A DNA stretch of 64,000 nt from Camelus ferus. Its lineage: Eukaryota. This document shows positions 22,996 through 36,400 of the stretch, in pieces. The stretch spans positions 118,794,001 to 118,858,000 of the forward strand of contig NC_045696.1 of the NCBI RefSeq assembly GCF_009834535.1, written 5' to 3'. Made by a program: the position numbers and the translations under genes. The notes below the pieces were generated by a model that was given only the letters and a program-made list of their open reading frames with translations, was not told where the DNA came from and did not search any database. The first letter of the stretch is position 1; every line of letters begins with the position of its first letter.

Positions 22996-25900
22996 GGCGT
23001 GTTTTGGCCAAGAAACAGAAAACTAAAAAAAAAAAAAAAAAAAACCCTGAAAACTCTACATTACTGCCAAGTTTGGTGATCAGACTAACTCTTACACTTG
23101 GTAGCTAGGGAGCCGGATGGACCGGGTCGCAAAGGCCCTTCAGATCTGACCCAACTCAGAGGCAGATCAGTGCACCGGCGCACGGAGGATGCGTGTTCGT
23201 AACGAAACGGGGCCATACTCTGCACACCCAGACGGCGAAGGACAGCAAAGGGCTAAGTACCAGGGAAAGGCGGGGCCGGGGAAGGAAGGGCCTTTTACAG
23301 CCCTACCCAGCACAGCTATCTCGTTCTCCAGGCGCTGCCAGGCAACCTCCCAAGGAAAGTACATGCATCTCCAGGGTCTCCCAAGACAAAGAGCACTGGC
23401 GAGGGGAGGAGGGGAGACGCAGGACCCCCGGGGTGCAACTTCGCCCCCGAGGTCCCGATGACACGGGGCTAACCGCCCCCCCCTGCCCACAAGAGAGAAG
23501 AGCGCCCAAGACACCCTTTACTGTAAGACCGGAAAACCAAAGAGGGGAAACAAAGTATTTCAGCGATCTCTACCTTTCAACCTTCAAAATTCCTGCCAAC
23601 AGTACACTTAGGTTTTAAGTCTCGTGAGGTAATTTGGGTCAAAATAATTCCAAACGGTCGTCATCAACCATTTGGGTGTTTGCTCTTAATAAGCAGATGA
23701 CAGAGTTCTATGACGCCCACTCACAGGATGCCACAGCACCACTGGCTCTTCACATGGATGGTATTTTCTTCTTCTAGGCTTTTCTCTTTAACACACTGAA
23801 TGCTCCTGGTGGGAAATTATTCCTGGAGACTTGGCAATAACAAAACTGAATGCCAATCTGCAGAATGTATTTTTCTCATGGGAAATAGTTCCGGGAGCGA
23901 CTACATCCCTCCTGACCATCTCTCCACCTTACAGACCATTTTCCTTCCTTCAGTGCCTCCAGGAGTGATACGTTCAGTAGATGGAAAATGAGTTCAGTAC
24001 AGAAACCAGCAAAACCTACCACACAAAAAGGGATATGCTATTTTCTTGATGAAAACTTGTGAGAAACAACTGGTTGAAAAGCAGACTATTTGGTTATTCC
24101 TTGTTTTAAAAAGCTGAATAATCTTACAGTCCATATTCCCCATTCTTCCTCAAATGTATCTGTTCCCTAGTTCGGCAGGTTTTAAGGAGTCAACTCTGCC
24201 CATCCCAGTGCTGTGGTACTAAAGTGGGCTATAATTTGCAAAACAGCAAAATGAGACAAAACAACAACAAATCCTTCAGTCCAATCAAAATATGGAATGC
24301 TTTTCAAAATTAGAGGGCCTTAGTAAGAAGCCTGCTTTGATTTAATTAATTAAAAACCATAGGCACCTTAGCAGACTATTTGAGATGTTGGTGAATCACT
24401 TTTCTGAGGGCTGAGCAAGTTAAGCCTAGGTTTTCTGCACGATTTTGTTCCATCCCGGGCTTTTGAGTGGAAGCTGGGTGGGTGTCCTGCCTTTACTCTC
24501 CAATCTTTCTTCCCCCTCACCTCCATCTCTGCCCTCAACCCCCGCCGCCCACAAACCTGGGGCTGGGAGAGGGGTGGGCAGAGAAGGAGCACCGTCCTCT
24601 CCCCTACGGCAAGCCTGGCTTGGCCCAAATAGTGTCAGATTTACCTTTTCAGGAATAATCAGCTTCCCAGAGTTCCAATGCCTTGAAAACCCATGAACTG
24701 CAGAGCACGGAAAACTCGAACATGAAATACTCCCTGGAAAATTTCAGCGATCCTAACAGCAAGTATATGCTGACTTTCTCCATGTCAGGTTTTGGCTAAC
24801 TATTAGCATAAAGCGAATGTGTGAACATTCTTACTCAGAACTCTCACTTTGAAAATAAACAAACTAAGGCTGAGAATAAACGTGCCAATTTCAATGAAGT
24901 CTTAAGTAACCTGCAGGCCTTGAATCAAATCAAATTTCTCATAGAGAAAAAGAATGTTCACTAGTATTACACATTGTTAGGTTTATGTTATTTTTTCTTT
25001 ACCACATTATAAGAGATATGTTTTAATTCTAACATCCGCTAATACAATTTTTATAAACAGATGAAATATTTGTTCCTCTAAATTTAAAGTATTATTTTAC
25101 AATTTTAAGGGGTGTTCTATGAATTCAATTTTACATCTTTAAACATATCCTCTTAATCCTGTAATAGGAAGAAGACTCTCTAACAAACGTTGCAGGAATT
25201 TTTAATCATTCCTTTCTACTATTGTGAATTTCATGAAGACTAAGATTTATCAAATTCTATTTTAAAAAAAAGATACCCACATATTTTAATCTGGTAAAAC
25301 TAGACCACTAAGAGGGGAAAAAAACTTGAAAATTCAAATGTATCATGTAAAGACATTAATATTTTAATTAAGATGCTCACAATTAAATTCAACATACTAA
25401 TCTTAATGATGGGTACACTTAAGAAATGTGTTTTTTGAAAATTCTTCTTTCTTTTAGACAATATTAGTGTTTAAGAAAATTAAGTTCAGTTAATATACTT
25501 CTCCCTAATTCCTCCCCTCGCTGCTAATACCTATTTCTCCATATACAAAACACACTTTATTAGCCTCACGAAAACTTTAAAGACTATATTAAGATCTGTG
25601 TTACAGTCACCTTAATTTTCTGATTACTTTCTCCACAACTCAGAATTAAAACAACTTCTCATAAAAAATGGCATACGCCGAAAATTCCACATTACACAAG
25701 AGAGAAAAAGATGAACATTGATGGAATAGAACTGAATTGCATTGTGTAGTTACCAAACATAAAACATTATAATAATACATACTATGGTTGTTATAGACTC
25801 CTGGTAGCAGAGGACCTGGAGGAGTCACACATCATAGGGGACTGAAGAAAACATTTTAAAAAGAAAAACACTACAGTGGGTATTAACATTAATGCAGTCT

Positions 25901-28159
25901 CTGTATGTCGATATAAATAAGAGGCATCTTTTACTTTTTTTAACCAGGAACCAAATTTACAAACAGATCATTAAAAACTGGTTACGAGAGCTTTTTTTAG
26001 CAACACACTGTCATAAAAATGACTTCATGAAAGCTAAGTTATATATATGTATATATATATATATACACACAAATACTTAAGGCTAAGTTTTACATATATA
26101 CACATAAATATATTTATGTATTCATATTCTATTCGGTAATTGGATTTAATTTCCCATTCTCAAAGCAAAGTCGCTTTACAGGTCACAAAAATTTTGACTA
26201 AATTTAAACATTTGTTTTCCCTTACAGCCAAATTTCAGATGATATTCTTTCAAGTAATCATAGGAGAGCAATAAACCATTAAAATATTAATTGATACATT
26301 TACTAGTCATAACAGAATCTCAGCAATAACTTGAGGACAGGGTGAAGAAAGGTCTCACATCCCACACTAGGCAGTGAGCCTGCTTCCTAAGTGAAGACAC
26401 GAATAAGCGGGCAGGAGAGACTCAGAAGACGGAAGACACAGCACATCCTACAACCAAAGTCAACCAGCGAGTAAGCCGTGCCCCAGACGAGGGAGGGAGG
26501 GCTGGGCTTGCCCACAGGAGAGGACCAGGACACATCCAAAAATAGAGGGACGTAAAGTGGCTGCAGTCTGCCGGTCTGGCTGGAAGTGGGGCTGGCGAGA
26601 AGCAGGGAGGGATCCCGGAGAAGCATGAGGACGAGGGGGGAGTACCCTGAAAACCAAGATGACAGCCGGGGCTCCAGCCTCCAAGCAAAAGGCATCACAG
26701 AAGTGCTGAGGAGGAAATACTACCACGTGGTATTATGGGAGCATCGACCTAGAAACAATCTGGAAAAAGACGTGGGAGAGAGGGAGAGGAGCGGGGGAAG
26801 GGAGACACAGTCTCATCATGGTCCTAGCCCCTGGTGACAAGAGCTGGCCTCAGCGTCAGAAATGATGGCACAGGTGTGGGGGACTCTGAGGATACGGTCA
26901 GCAGGCAGGAGGGGCCCGACCTCCCACACCAGCGTCTCAAGAAGGGTTCTGTTTGTCTGGGTGGCTCATTTGCTCTGGTGAGGGAGTCACTTTTATAGAC
27001 CTCACTAAGGTTCCCCGTGGTTGAGCTTTCCAGGGTTGTGTCTTAGTATTTGTTAGAGCAAAGCCAGCAGAGTAACTGGGTGGAGAGCACCTGCTCTCAG
27101 TCAGGGGCCCAAGGCTATTTTTGGCTTTTTGAGCAACACTGCTCATCACCTCGCACCACGGGATGGGTCTCAGTTCCCTTCGAAGAAAAGCGGCAGAGCA
27201 AACGGATACAACTCACAAGCTGATTCAGGGCGAGACAGACTCGGATCCGTGGAACAAAGTGCCCAGGAGTAGAACCACCCTACAAATGCTAACCCGCTGC
27301 CGAGTAAGATTTTCTAAAAGATACCAGACAGACCTTCAATTTTATCACACTAGATGCATTTTTGGGTTTGGTTTGATGAGGGAGCTGAAGTCCAGACACA
27401 ACAGGACTAAACTTTAGCCTTTTACCTACACAGGGCCGTCCTTCCATGTCTGTTTTTTGCTTCTACAGTTAAAGATCAATCACAACAGTGATACAATTTT
27501 AAAACACTTTAAGGATTTTTTTTTAAAAACTGACAAAATATTTCCACCAATTCAGATCCAAATCAAATATTTCAAAACCAAGTCATTCAGTGGGAACACG
27601 AAGCCACCGGGCGGGCTGTCTATGAGGCAAGGTGTCCGTATGATACTTATGAAAACAGAGGGAGAAACGAATGACAGTTTTCATTTTGCACAAAGACTGA
27701 TCCCAGGGGACACCTAACGGTCCCTGGAGCCAGTTCAGGTTTTCGCTCGTCCACTCAGGCGGACGGCACCAGCTCCAAGGGCCCAGCACCTCAAAACAGC
27801 AGAAGTGAAGCTTGTAGGTTATTAGCTACTTGGAGAAGGAGGTTCTCAACTCTGGTTTCTTAAAGACCCGGGTTTGTTCAGAAGAAAACATGGTCTAGTA
27901 CATGAGTTAGATTTCAGTTTCCTAGAACTAGGGAGACACATTAAGTAAATTCTAAAGATACCCTAGAATATTCTTTCTCAGTTCTGAGTGTATCCCTACT
28001 CTCCCATTAAGCTATGTCTTTTTTAAAAAATTATGCAAATAGAAAAAAACCAAACAAAATACGCAAAATAACAGCGAAGGCTTTGGAGCTCAACGGACCT
28101 GTGTCAGATCAGAGCTGTGCCTGTTACTTCCTGTGCGATGGGGATCCTACTCTCGTGTT

Positions 28160-28520
28160 CCACATATATTCTGAAGGTAGAACCAAAAGAATGTGTTGAT
28201 AGACTGGATGTGGTGTATGAGAGAGAGTCAGAGAGAACCCCCAGGCCTCAACAAGGAGACGGGGAGGCTGCAGAGAAAGGAAAAAGGAGAGCCGTGTTTG
28301 AGCCAGGCTAAGTGGAGACATCCAGGAGGCGGCTGGAGATGCAAGCCTGAGGTGGGGAAGAGTTACTGGGCTGGAGAGATAAACCTGGGAGTGGCGGACA
28401 GAGAGATGATGTGCAAAGCCAGGACACAGGAGGAGATCCCCAGAGTGTAGACAGACAGAAAAAAACAGGTAGAAAAAGACTGCATTCACTGCAACACTTT
28501 GAGGCTGGATCAGCAAAGGG
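28160..28520 (-). mobile_element. L2 fragment
   Basis: ATTCTGAAGGTAGAACCAA...GGATGTGGTGTATGAGAGAG...GGGCTGGAGAGATAAACCTGGGAGT. Confidence 0.75.
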
Positions 28521-28687
28521 GACTGAAAATGCTGATGATGAGACAGGATAATTCAAACCTAGGTCCTTGCTATCAAGAAACATAAATTAAAAAACTAAAA
28601 ATAAATAAAATAAAAATTAAAATAATTTTTAAAAATAAAAAAAAAAAAGAAACAGCCAAAACCTGTATGTTAAAAGTGTACATTTTA

Positions 28688-28838
28688 GAGGGGAGGGTGT
28701 AGCTCAGTGGTGGAGCATGCGTTTAGCACGCACAAGATCCTGGGTTCAATCCCCAGTACCTCCATTAATAAATATATAAATAAATACATAAATAAATCTA
28801 ATAAACTCCCCTCCAAAATTGATTAAAAAATAAAAAAT
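28688..28838 (+). mobile_element. Camelid SINE
   Basis: A/B boxes and tail, flanked by an imperfect TGT(A/T)CATTTTA duplication. Confidence 0.92.
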
Positions 28839-29579
28839 AACTTGTTCATTTTAAGTTATCGCATCAAGAACTCAGCCCAAGAACATCAACACGGATAACA
28901 ACTGTTTAAATGTGTTAGACAAAAACATAAAAACACTGATCTCTGCAGCTGGCAAAATATTTCTGCTTTTACCAGGTTCAGCAGGTAGATAAGACAGTCC
29001 TTCCAGACCACTGCTGGGACTGAGTGATAACTCTGGTCCGTCCTCTGGAATGCCATCGTGGGCCAACATCACTTTTACAGCCAAAGGACAGAAGGCTGAA
29101 GCTTTGTTCCAGGTATCTAGTTAACTCAGATGCCACAATGCTTACCACACGTTACCATAAATCTTCAATTTAGACATTCCCAGAAAATACGCGTTGCGCT
29201 GATATACTGTATCATTTCCAACAGTCTCTGCTACCATCACATTTTTATTAATTTCATCTTCATCTGAATACACCAGCTATTTCGATACCAGCATCAAAAA
29301 CATATAATAACCACAACCGGGACACAGCCTGCAGCCCCGACATCTCCTCCCCGAGGCTGCCCGCCTCCAAGACGGCGCTAGCACCCTGCCAACGTGCTGC
29401 GCCATGCCGTTCACACGCCTGTGCTCATGCTGTTCCCTCTGCCTGGAAGTTCTCCACTGAGCAGTGGTACCACGGGTGCTCTGCACAAGTGCCCCAGCTG
29501 CTCTGGATGTTGTCAGCTAAGAGCTCTCAGCAAACCCCAGGATGCATGTCCCCCTGCCCACAGGCAACGGCTGACTGAC

Positions 29580-30255
29580 AGGGAGGAAGACCAAGAGACT
29601 TAAGAGACATGCCACCCAACCACAACATGTGGGACCTGATGTGGACCCTAAATTAAACAAACTATAGATAAATATATTTATTGAAGTATCGTCAATTTAC
29701 AATGGGTTAATTTCTGGTGTACAGCATAGTGACTCAGTTATACATACATATATATATATATTCTTTTTCAGATTCTTTTTCCTTATTGGTTATTATAAGA
29801 TACTGAATAGAGTTCCCTGTGCTCTACAGTAGGACCTCATTGTTTACCTATTTTATATATTTTGTATCCACAAATCCCAAACTCCCAATTTATCCCTCCC
29901 CCCTCCTTTCCCCTTTGGGAACCATAAGTTTGTTTTCTATGTCTGTCTGTTTCTGACCGTTTATGTTTTTGCTTGAAAAAAGGCAATTGGATATATGAAA
30001 GGCAACTGGATATCTGAAAACTGACTCTATATTTGATGATATTAAGGAATCAGTGTTAATTTTTAGGTATAATAAAGATATTGTGGCTTGTGTAAACAAA
30101 TTTATGGATACTGTGGTATCTGAGGTTTGCTTTAAAATAATATGGGATGGGGATAAGTGGGTTGGCGTTACAGAGGAAACAAGCCCTCAGCTGATAACTT
30201 CTAAGGCTGAATGATGGGCACATAGGATTCACCACACCATTCTGTCTATTTGTGT
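29580..30255 (+). mobile_element. Old L1MC-like 3' UTR, interrupted by a younger L1 3' end
   Basis: AAGAGACTTAAGAGACATG...TTTGATGATATTAAGGAAT...TTTGCTTTAAAATAAT...GCTGAATGATGGGCACATAGG. Confidence 0.75.
29672..29960 (-). mobile_element. Younger L1 3' UTR fragment
   Basis: Reverse L1 3' end (TTTATTGAAGTAT, TTCTGGTGTACAGCATAGTG, AACCATAAGTTTGTTTTCTATGTCTG). Confidence 0.9.
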
Positions 30256-30451
30256 CTGGTTCCCACAGAAAACAGAGAGCCCATGAAAGACAGAGGGGGA
30301 GTTAGATATGCAATAGGAAGGTCGACCTGATGGTGCCAAATCAGTCCACTCAGTCCACAAAATTACATTTTCACTTATACCTGCTTCAATATTATTTGGA
30401 ATAAAACACTGGAATTAATAGATAACATGAGAATAAAAAACGTAGTGAAGT

Positions 30452-30645
30452 AGGGGAGGGTATAGCTTGGGGGTAGAGTGTGTGCTTAGCATGCACGAGG
30501 TCCTGGGTTCAATCCCCAGCACCTCTATTTATAAATAAATAAATAAACAAACCTAATTACCCCCCCTCAATAAATAAATGAATAAATAATTTTAAATTAA
30601 ATTTAAAAATTTTTTTAAATAAAATAGTTGGACGAAAAATGTTTT
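30452..30645 (+). mobile_element. Camelid SINE with long AT-rich tail
   Basis: SINE body with imperfect TSD AACGTAGTGAAG / AATGTAGTAAAG. Confidence 0.92.
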
Positions 30646-33600
30646 TAATGTAGTAAAGATTCATGAAACATGTTTTGAGATCAACTAAACTAAAAATCTA
30701 CTGATGTGAACTAATACTTCTTTCCCGCAGTCTCTATGAAGGTAGATAAAGAAACCTGTCCAATTCCACCTGAAAGGCATGACCCAGAAACGCTCAGTTA
30801 GACGCCTGCTGCTCTGTAACTCGGCACAAACACAGTCACTAATACGCATGGAAGGCTGAGCGCTACCAGTGTGACATCGAATGCTCACAAAAAGCTGGGG
30901 ATGGGGATCTCATTATTCCACGTCCGTATGTTAGAGACGAGGAAACTGAGACTACCCCACCTGGACTCACAGCCACGCCAACGGAGCCCTCAGCCTGAGA
31001 AATCAGCTCTTCCCCCCAGAGCAGTGCCCTGGGCCACTGGCACCACCAACGCCCCCACACCGGGCTGCAGAGAGAACAAGCAGTGACACGTGGGCAAGAG
31101 GTCCTGATACTGGCAGACGTGTTCAGTAACACGGGTGACACCTCTGGGCGGCCCTGCTGGTCACTTCCCCTCCGGGGCTCTCGTGATCCATGGCACAAGT
31201 GACAGGCTTGTCTGGTCAGTGCTCAGCCCTGTGAAGTTGTGTCCTGCCAAGGGCATAAACCAGCACAAGAACTGAACTCGTGGCCTTTTAACGCAATGAT
31301 CAAAAAAGCAGCCATCTTTTTAGATTACCATGAAAAACACAGGAACACGTAAAATTATCAGCTGACAAATGTTGAAAGTGTAATTATGAGTAAAACCCAC
31401 AATGTTCAAATTGTCCTTTCGTGGGACAGCGCTTAGATGAAATACATAAAAAGGAAGGAGGATGATAAGAAACCCAAACAAATGTAAAAGTCAAACTCGT
31501 TTTTAGATGCTAGCACATGAACATAATTCATCTGAGTTGTCAAAGAAAGGAAACAGGATTCAGAAGTTAAAAGGATGATCTCTTCCTTCAACTCTGCAAC
31601 AGGGGGAAAAAAAGAAAAACATCATCCTCCAAGTCACCATCGACCTTCCCCACGCCTGCAACCACACAGCTATGTTTTAGCCTGGGTGGAGGAGAGGGTA
31701 AATAAACACAGCTCCTATTTTTAGCACACTTTTCCTGGCCACTCTGAAATTTCCAAGTCACAAATTATTGCCTGTTATCTTTTAAAGTGGATTTTACTCA
31801 AAGAATTCATAGAAGACTTCTCAGCATCAGGAGGAGAAATACACAAGTTCCTCCATAAAGCTGAATTCTTTTAGAAAATAATTTATTATGTAGAATGTAT
31901 TATATATTCATAACACAAATAAACTGGCAGGAATGCTTACAATATTTTCCACTGCATATACTCAAAGGGATAAATCTCAAATTCGGTAGAATATTAGTTA
32001 CGGATGGTAATACAATAAATTTTTAATTTTTAAAACTCAAATGTTATTAAAATTTTGAAAATGAACTCCTTCAGCAAAAATTCACAGTACAATAAAACCA
32101 GACTGAAGATACATATTAACTAATGCAAGTTACATATTAACTAATGCAAAACTCTCTCCAAAATTTAAGTTCACAGTACACTCAGGGACCTCTCTCAACT
32201 TTACTCAAGAATAATAGACTGGATGTAAAAAGAGCATATTTATTTGTATATTCCACTCCTTCTATACACTTTAGAAAGAAAATCAAGACCAAAACTTACC
32301 CACGGACAGCAGGTACAACGGACAGACCCACATATTCTTAAGAGCCCCTCAGAAAAAATGTTTTAAATCAGAAGGAATAAAAAAGACTTTAAAATGTTTT
32401 AATATACATTCTTTATATCAACAATGTTGTAAAATATAATTTTTACTTCGTTTTAATGGAGGAAGGAGCCCACAAAGGAAGGGGACTGGGCCCACAGAAG
32501 TCAGTATGCAGCCCCGCTACCTTCCTGTCCCAGAAGTCTCTCCAGTTACACTTGGACTCTGTTCCTCAAAGCACGAGATGCTTAGCGGTGCCTTGACTGG
32601 GACCAGAAAGTCACGGGCACTGGTTAGCCACTCTCCCCCCATTTGCAGGGACCCGTCCCAGCTCCAGTCTCCTCCAAAGACGGGCGCACAGAATTAACAG
32701 GCTCCCATATGCTGTCCATACCCTGATGAGGCTTAAACACTGAGCTGGAGCTGCAACAGCACCATCTCGCTCTGAATCAATTGTTTGGTGGTTTTTAATT
32801 TCCAATGCCTTTGAAAACTGCCGAAAACCTCTCTGAAACACAGGCACATACCTACAAATGTTTGCATACAATTAATCTCATCATTACAAAGCCATTCTCT
32901 TCACATAGAAGATTTTTACATTTAAAAATTTTGTAAATAATAATACTTCTCACTCTCATTTTAAATGCAGAAACTAACTGGCTGCTCCTTGCACCCCCTC
33001 CAAAAAACTGAAATAAATCTAAAGAAGGCATGTCAAACAGAAAGTATACTATATCCTAAAAGGAAATTTCAATTAGAAGGCAGCGACTGTGCTTTGATAC
33101 TGAGGTTGAAATTGGGTCCAAGCCTTTGACGATTCATCAGCTTCACCATCTAGTTTTTGTCTGAGTGATGAAAGGTGTGCGGGGCCAGGCAGACCCACAG
33201 CCCAGTCCACTGGCAGCGGAGACATGCATATGCAGGACAGAGCGTGCCCAAACCTCCTCCTGCTGCTCCATGTCCCCCCATCACTGCCTGCGCCCCTACA
33301 CTGCAGGCCTTTCTCCACCCCACGCTGTCCCCGTCACCAAGGACAGGATTCAGTCCATGGTTCAGTGGGAGACTGGCAGGACCAACATCATCTTCAAAAG
33401 CCTCTGCCGTCCTTCCTGGGGGCTCCGGGCTTCTGCCGGCTAAGAGCCCACCCCAGCCGTGTCCCTGCCTCTGGCTGGCAGACGTTCTTGGTTATCTGCC
33501 TCCAGGATGGTGTCTGGACCAAAGCAGTCCCAGTCCCGCATCAGCACCGATCGTGCTGACTGAAGGCCTGGAACTAAATGATGGGCCTCACTCAGAGGGC

Positions 33601-35021
33601 CAGAGCCCCGCCACTTAAGCCAACCTGCCGGTAAACTCCTCCCCATGGACACGGGGTTTCCCTTCTTAGCACAAATGTGCCTGTTGACACACACTCTGCT
33701 CGTGTCTGGCCTGTGTGTTAACCAAAGGAATGCCACGATCTGCTCCCATCTTCTGTCCAGGTCGCTATCTAAGATTATGAACGAAGCTCATGGCTGGGCT
33801 CCGGCCAGCCTGACAACTTTGCCGGCCTTGGATGTTTTCGAGGCGTCCTGCCTGGTAGGCTTGATAAAACCGAGCGGGACACGGAAAGCTACATTCCTGA
33901 GACTCCTGGGACTTTGATCACCAAAGCAGCCAAGGCAGACCGGCTGCCCTATGCCCAGATGTGCCCTCTTTCATGGGACCAAGGCCTTCGAATTACTGTC
34001 ACAGTTCTGCACGTCAAAGAGACCCGTGGCTGCCGCACTTTCCAAAAAGCGGTCACAAAAGATGAAGTCTTTGAAACGTCACACATGCATAAGCCATGAA
34101 AATCATCAGGTGGCTGTAGTGAAGGATGCCCGCCTGCTCACCCGGGTGCAGGCTGAAGGGACCTGTCCTGCCGAAACCGAAAATACTAGGAGGAACGCGG
34201 CAGCCTTGCGTGTGTGGCGCCTTGGGAAAGAGGCTGCTTCAACTCTCTTCTCTACCCCCAGCTGCAAAACCAGCACTACTTCTCAGAAATAAAGCTTCAC
34301 AGGCCTCTGGGCGGGTGTGGCTTCCCCCACCTGGCTGTGCGAAACATCACCTGCTGAACCTCTGCTCCATCCTCTCAGCATCCAAGGACCTACTGCCGAG
34401 TGCGCCAGAGCCCCTCCTGACCCCACGCTTTCCCTGGCAGGGGTCTTGCTGGACAGCCCACACAGGGTTTCACGCCTCATCATATTCAGCCACGAAAGGA
34501 TAACGAAAGGGCTGGAGCTCCCATGTCCTTTGCTGTCTTCAGCATTTTCCAACATAAGAAGAGACAGATGTCCGTGGTCTCACGGGGGAACAGCGCCTAT
34601 CAAGGGAGAACTAAACCAGTTCTGTAACATGACTGTCACTCCAGTGGTGACCTCCAGCCCATGCAGAGTATCATTCATTCCATCTCCCCTGATACTCACC
34701 TGCAGCAAAATGGCTTAGTAATATCTCTGGCACACACAAGAAATTTTCACAGACATAAATTTCAAAGAAATAGGAAAGAAATCAATGAGGAAAAAATTGT
34801 ACATAATAGGTCCCAGAATAATAACTGCTGCCCTTGTTCAAAGAGGACCAGACTCCAAACTGAAACCTTAAAAGAAAATAAGTTCTTCATGTAGATTCTC
34901 CTTTGCAAAATGCTTAAAAATGGCCCCTCTCTGGCTCACAGATATGCCCATTCCTAACTTACAACACCTTTCCTGTAAGAAACAAGTGTTTCTGAGTGAT
35001 ACCAATTAAAATTTGCTTTGC

Positions 35022-35200
35022 ATAAACAGCAAGTTTATATTGTATAGCTCAGGGAACCACATTCAATATCCTGTAGTAATCTATAATGAAAAAGAATTTG
35101 AAAAAGGAATATATGCATGTACATGGATGACTGAAACATGATGCTATGCACAAGAAACTGACACAACATTGTACACTGACTATACTTCAACAATAAAAAA
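35022..35200 (+). mobile_element. L1 extreme 3' end
   Basis: TATAGCTCAGGGAAC...GACTATACTTCAACAATAAAAAA, with TSD-like AAAATTT(G/TT)CTTTGCA on both sides. Confidence 0.88.
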
Positions 35201-35572
35201 AAAATTTTTCTTTGCAATTTTAAGTGAACCAACGCATGGCAAATAATGATGAGAGACTCTCCAAGATTAACAGAGGTTGAGGGTAGAGGCAGATGACTAC
35301 CTAGATACCTGAATGATTCCCTCCAAACCATTCTGGAATGAAAATTAAAGAGAAAGTTATACTTAGGAGTCAAATCACTTTAATTCAGTAAGCCTATGTT
35401 CTTACTATAGAAACTGTGCACTTAGGGCTTTTTTTCCCCCACTTACTTGGTTTTAATAGCAATATACATCAGAACCGTTAAATTAAAAAAGGTAAATGCC
35501 AGCACTTTTCTTATGAAAGAAGAGCTTGCTATAATTTCTTAGGCTTTCCAATCCCTTAAAAAAAAAATACTC

Positions 35573-35829
35573 GGGGTGGGGAGGGTGGGTATAGCTCAAG
35601 GGTAGAGCACATGCTTAGCGTGCACAAGGTCCTGGGTTCAATCCCCAGTACCTCCATTAAAGTAATAAATAAATAAACAAACCATATTACCTCCTACCCC
35701 GCCAATATAAAAAAATTTTAAAAAAAGGAATTTTCATTCTGGGTCATGGGTTCAAACCCCAGTATCTCCATTAAAAAAAAGAAGAAAAAGAAAGAAAAGA
35801 AAAAGAACTTACAAAAAAGAAAAGAGAGT
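35573..35829 (+). mobile_element. Camelid SINE plus truncated second monomer within one TSD
   Basis: Full monomer at 35573-35725 and a B-box-only monomer at 35741-35829. TSD AAAAAATACTC at 35562-35572 and 35832-35842. Confidence 0.85.
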
Positions 35830-35879
35830 TTAAAAAATACTCTTTCATCCAGACTGACTCTGTGACCACAAAGAAAGGA

Positions 35880-36400
35880 GAATGGATGGTGGTACCATGT
35901 GCCAAACTGCACAGCTGCAGAAAAGGACCAGACAGGAGGGTGGGAGCAGGGTAAGGAAGGGGAGGCAGGGAGTGCTGCAGTCAGATGCCGGGTGATGGGC
36001 TGGAGGGTGCTGAGTGACAGCTGTATCCTGGGCTGGAGGGCGAGGCTGAGCCAGAGGCATCACTGCCAAGGTCCCCGTGAACATACTGCGCTCTGCTGGG
36101 GAGGAGGCTCGGATCAGAGAAGGAAGCCCACGCACCATGAGCCCTGCGGGCCCTGTCGGAGGGAGGGGCGGGGCGCGTCCACGCCAGCACTGGGGACGGA
36201 GCAGAGGGCGCAGACAGTCGCTCAAGACGCAGCTGAAGAGGGAAGGTTCTCGCGTCTCTCGACTGTTGAGAACCTGAGCGTGTTTCCGGGCTGATGGGGA
36301 GACGGAAGAGGTTAAACACAAGGGCGGGAGGGGATGGGATGGGATCAGGAGGCAGGGCAGAGGGGAGAAGGCAGCCCCACCCTAACAGAGGGCGGGCGGC
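35880..36400 (-). mobile_element. Probable L2 remnant, GC-enriched
   Basis: Purine-rich L2-like motifs (GGATGGTGGTACCAT, AGGCATCACTGCC). Family assignment is tentative. Confidence 0.4.

Noticed and set aside
32294..32350. Minus-strand donor TGG|GTAAGT with a possible micro-exon
   Set aside because: Upstream acceptors (GAG or AAG) are weak, so support is insufficient.
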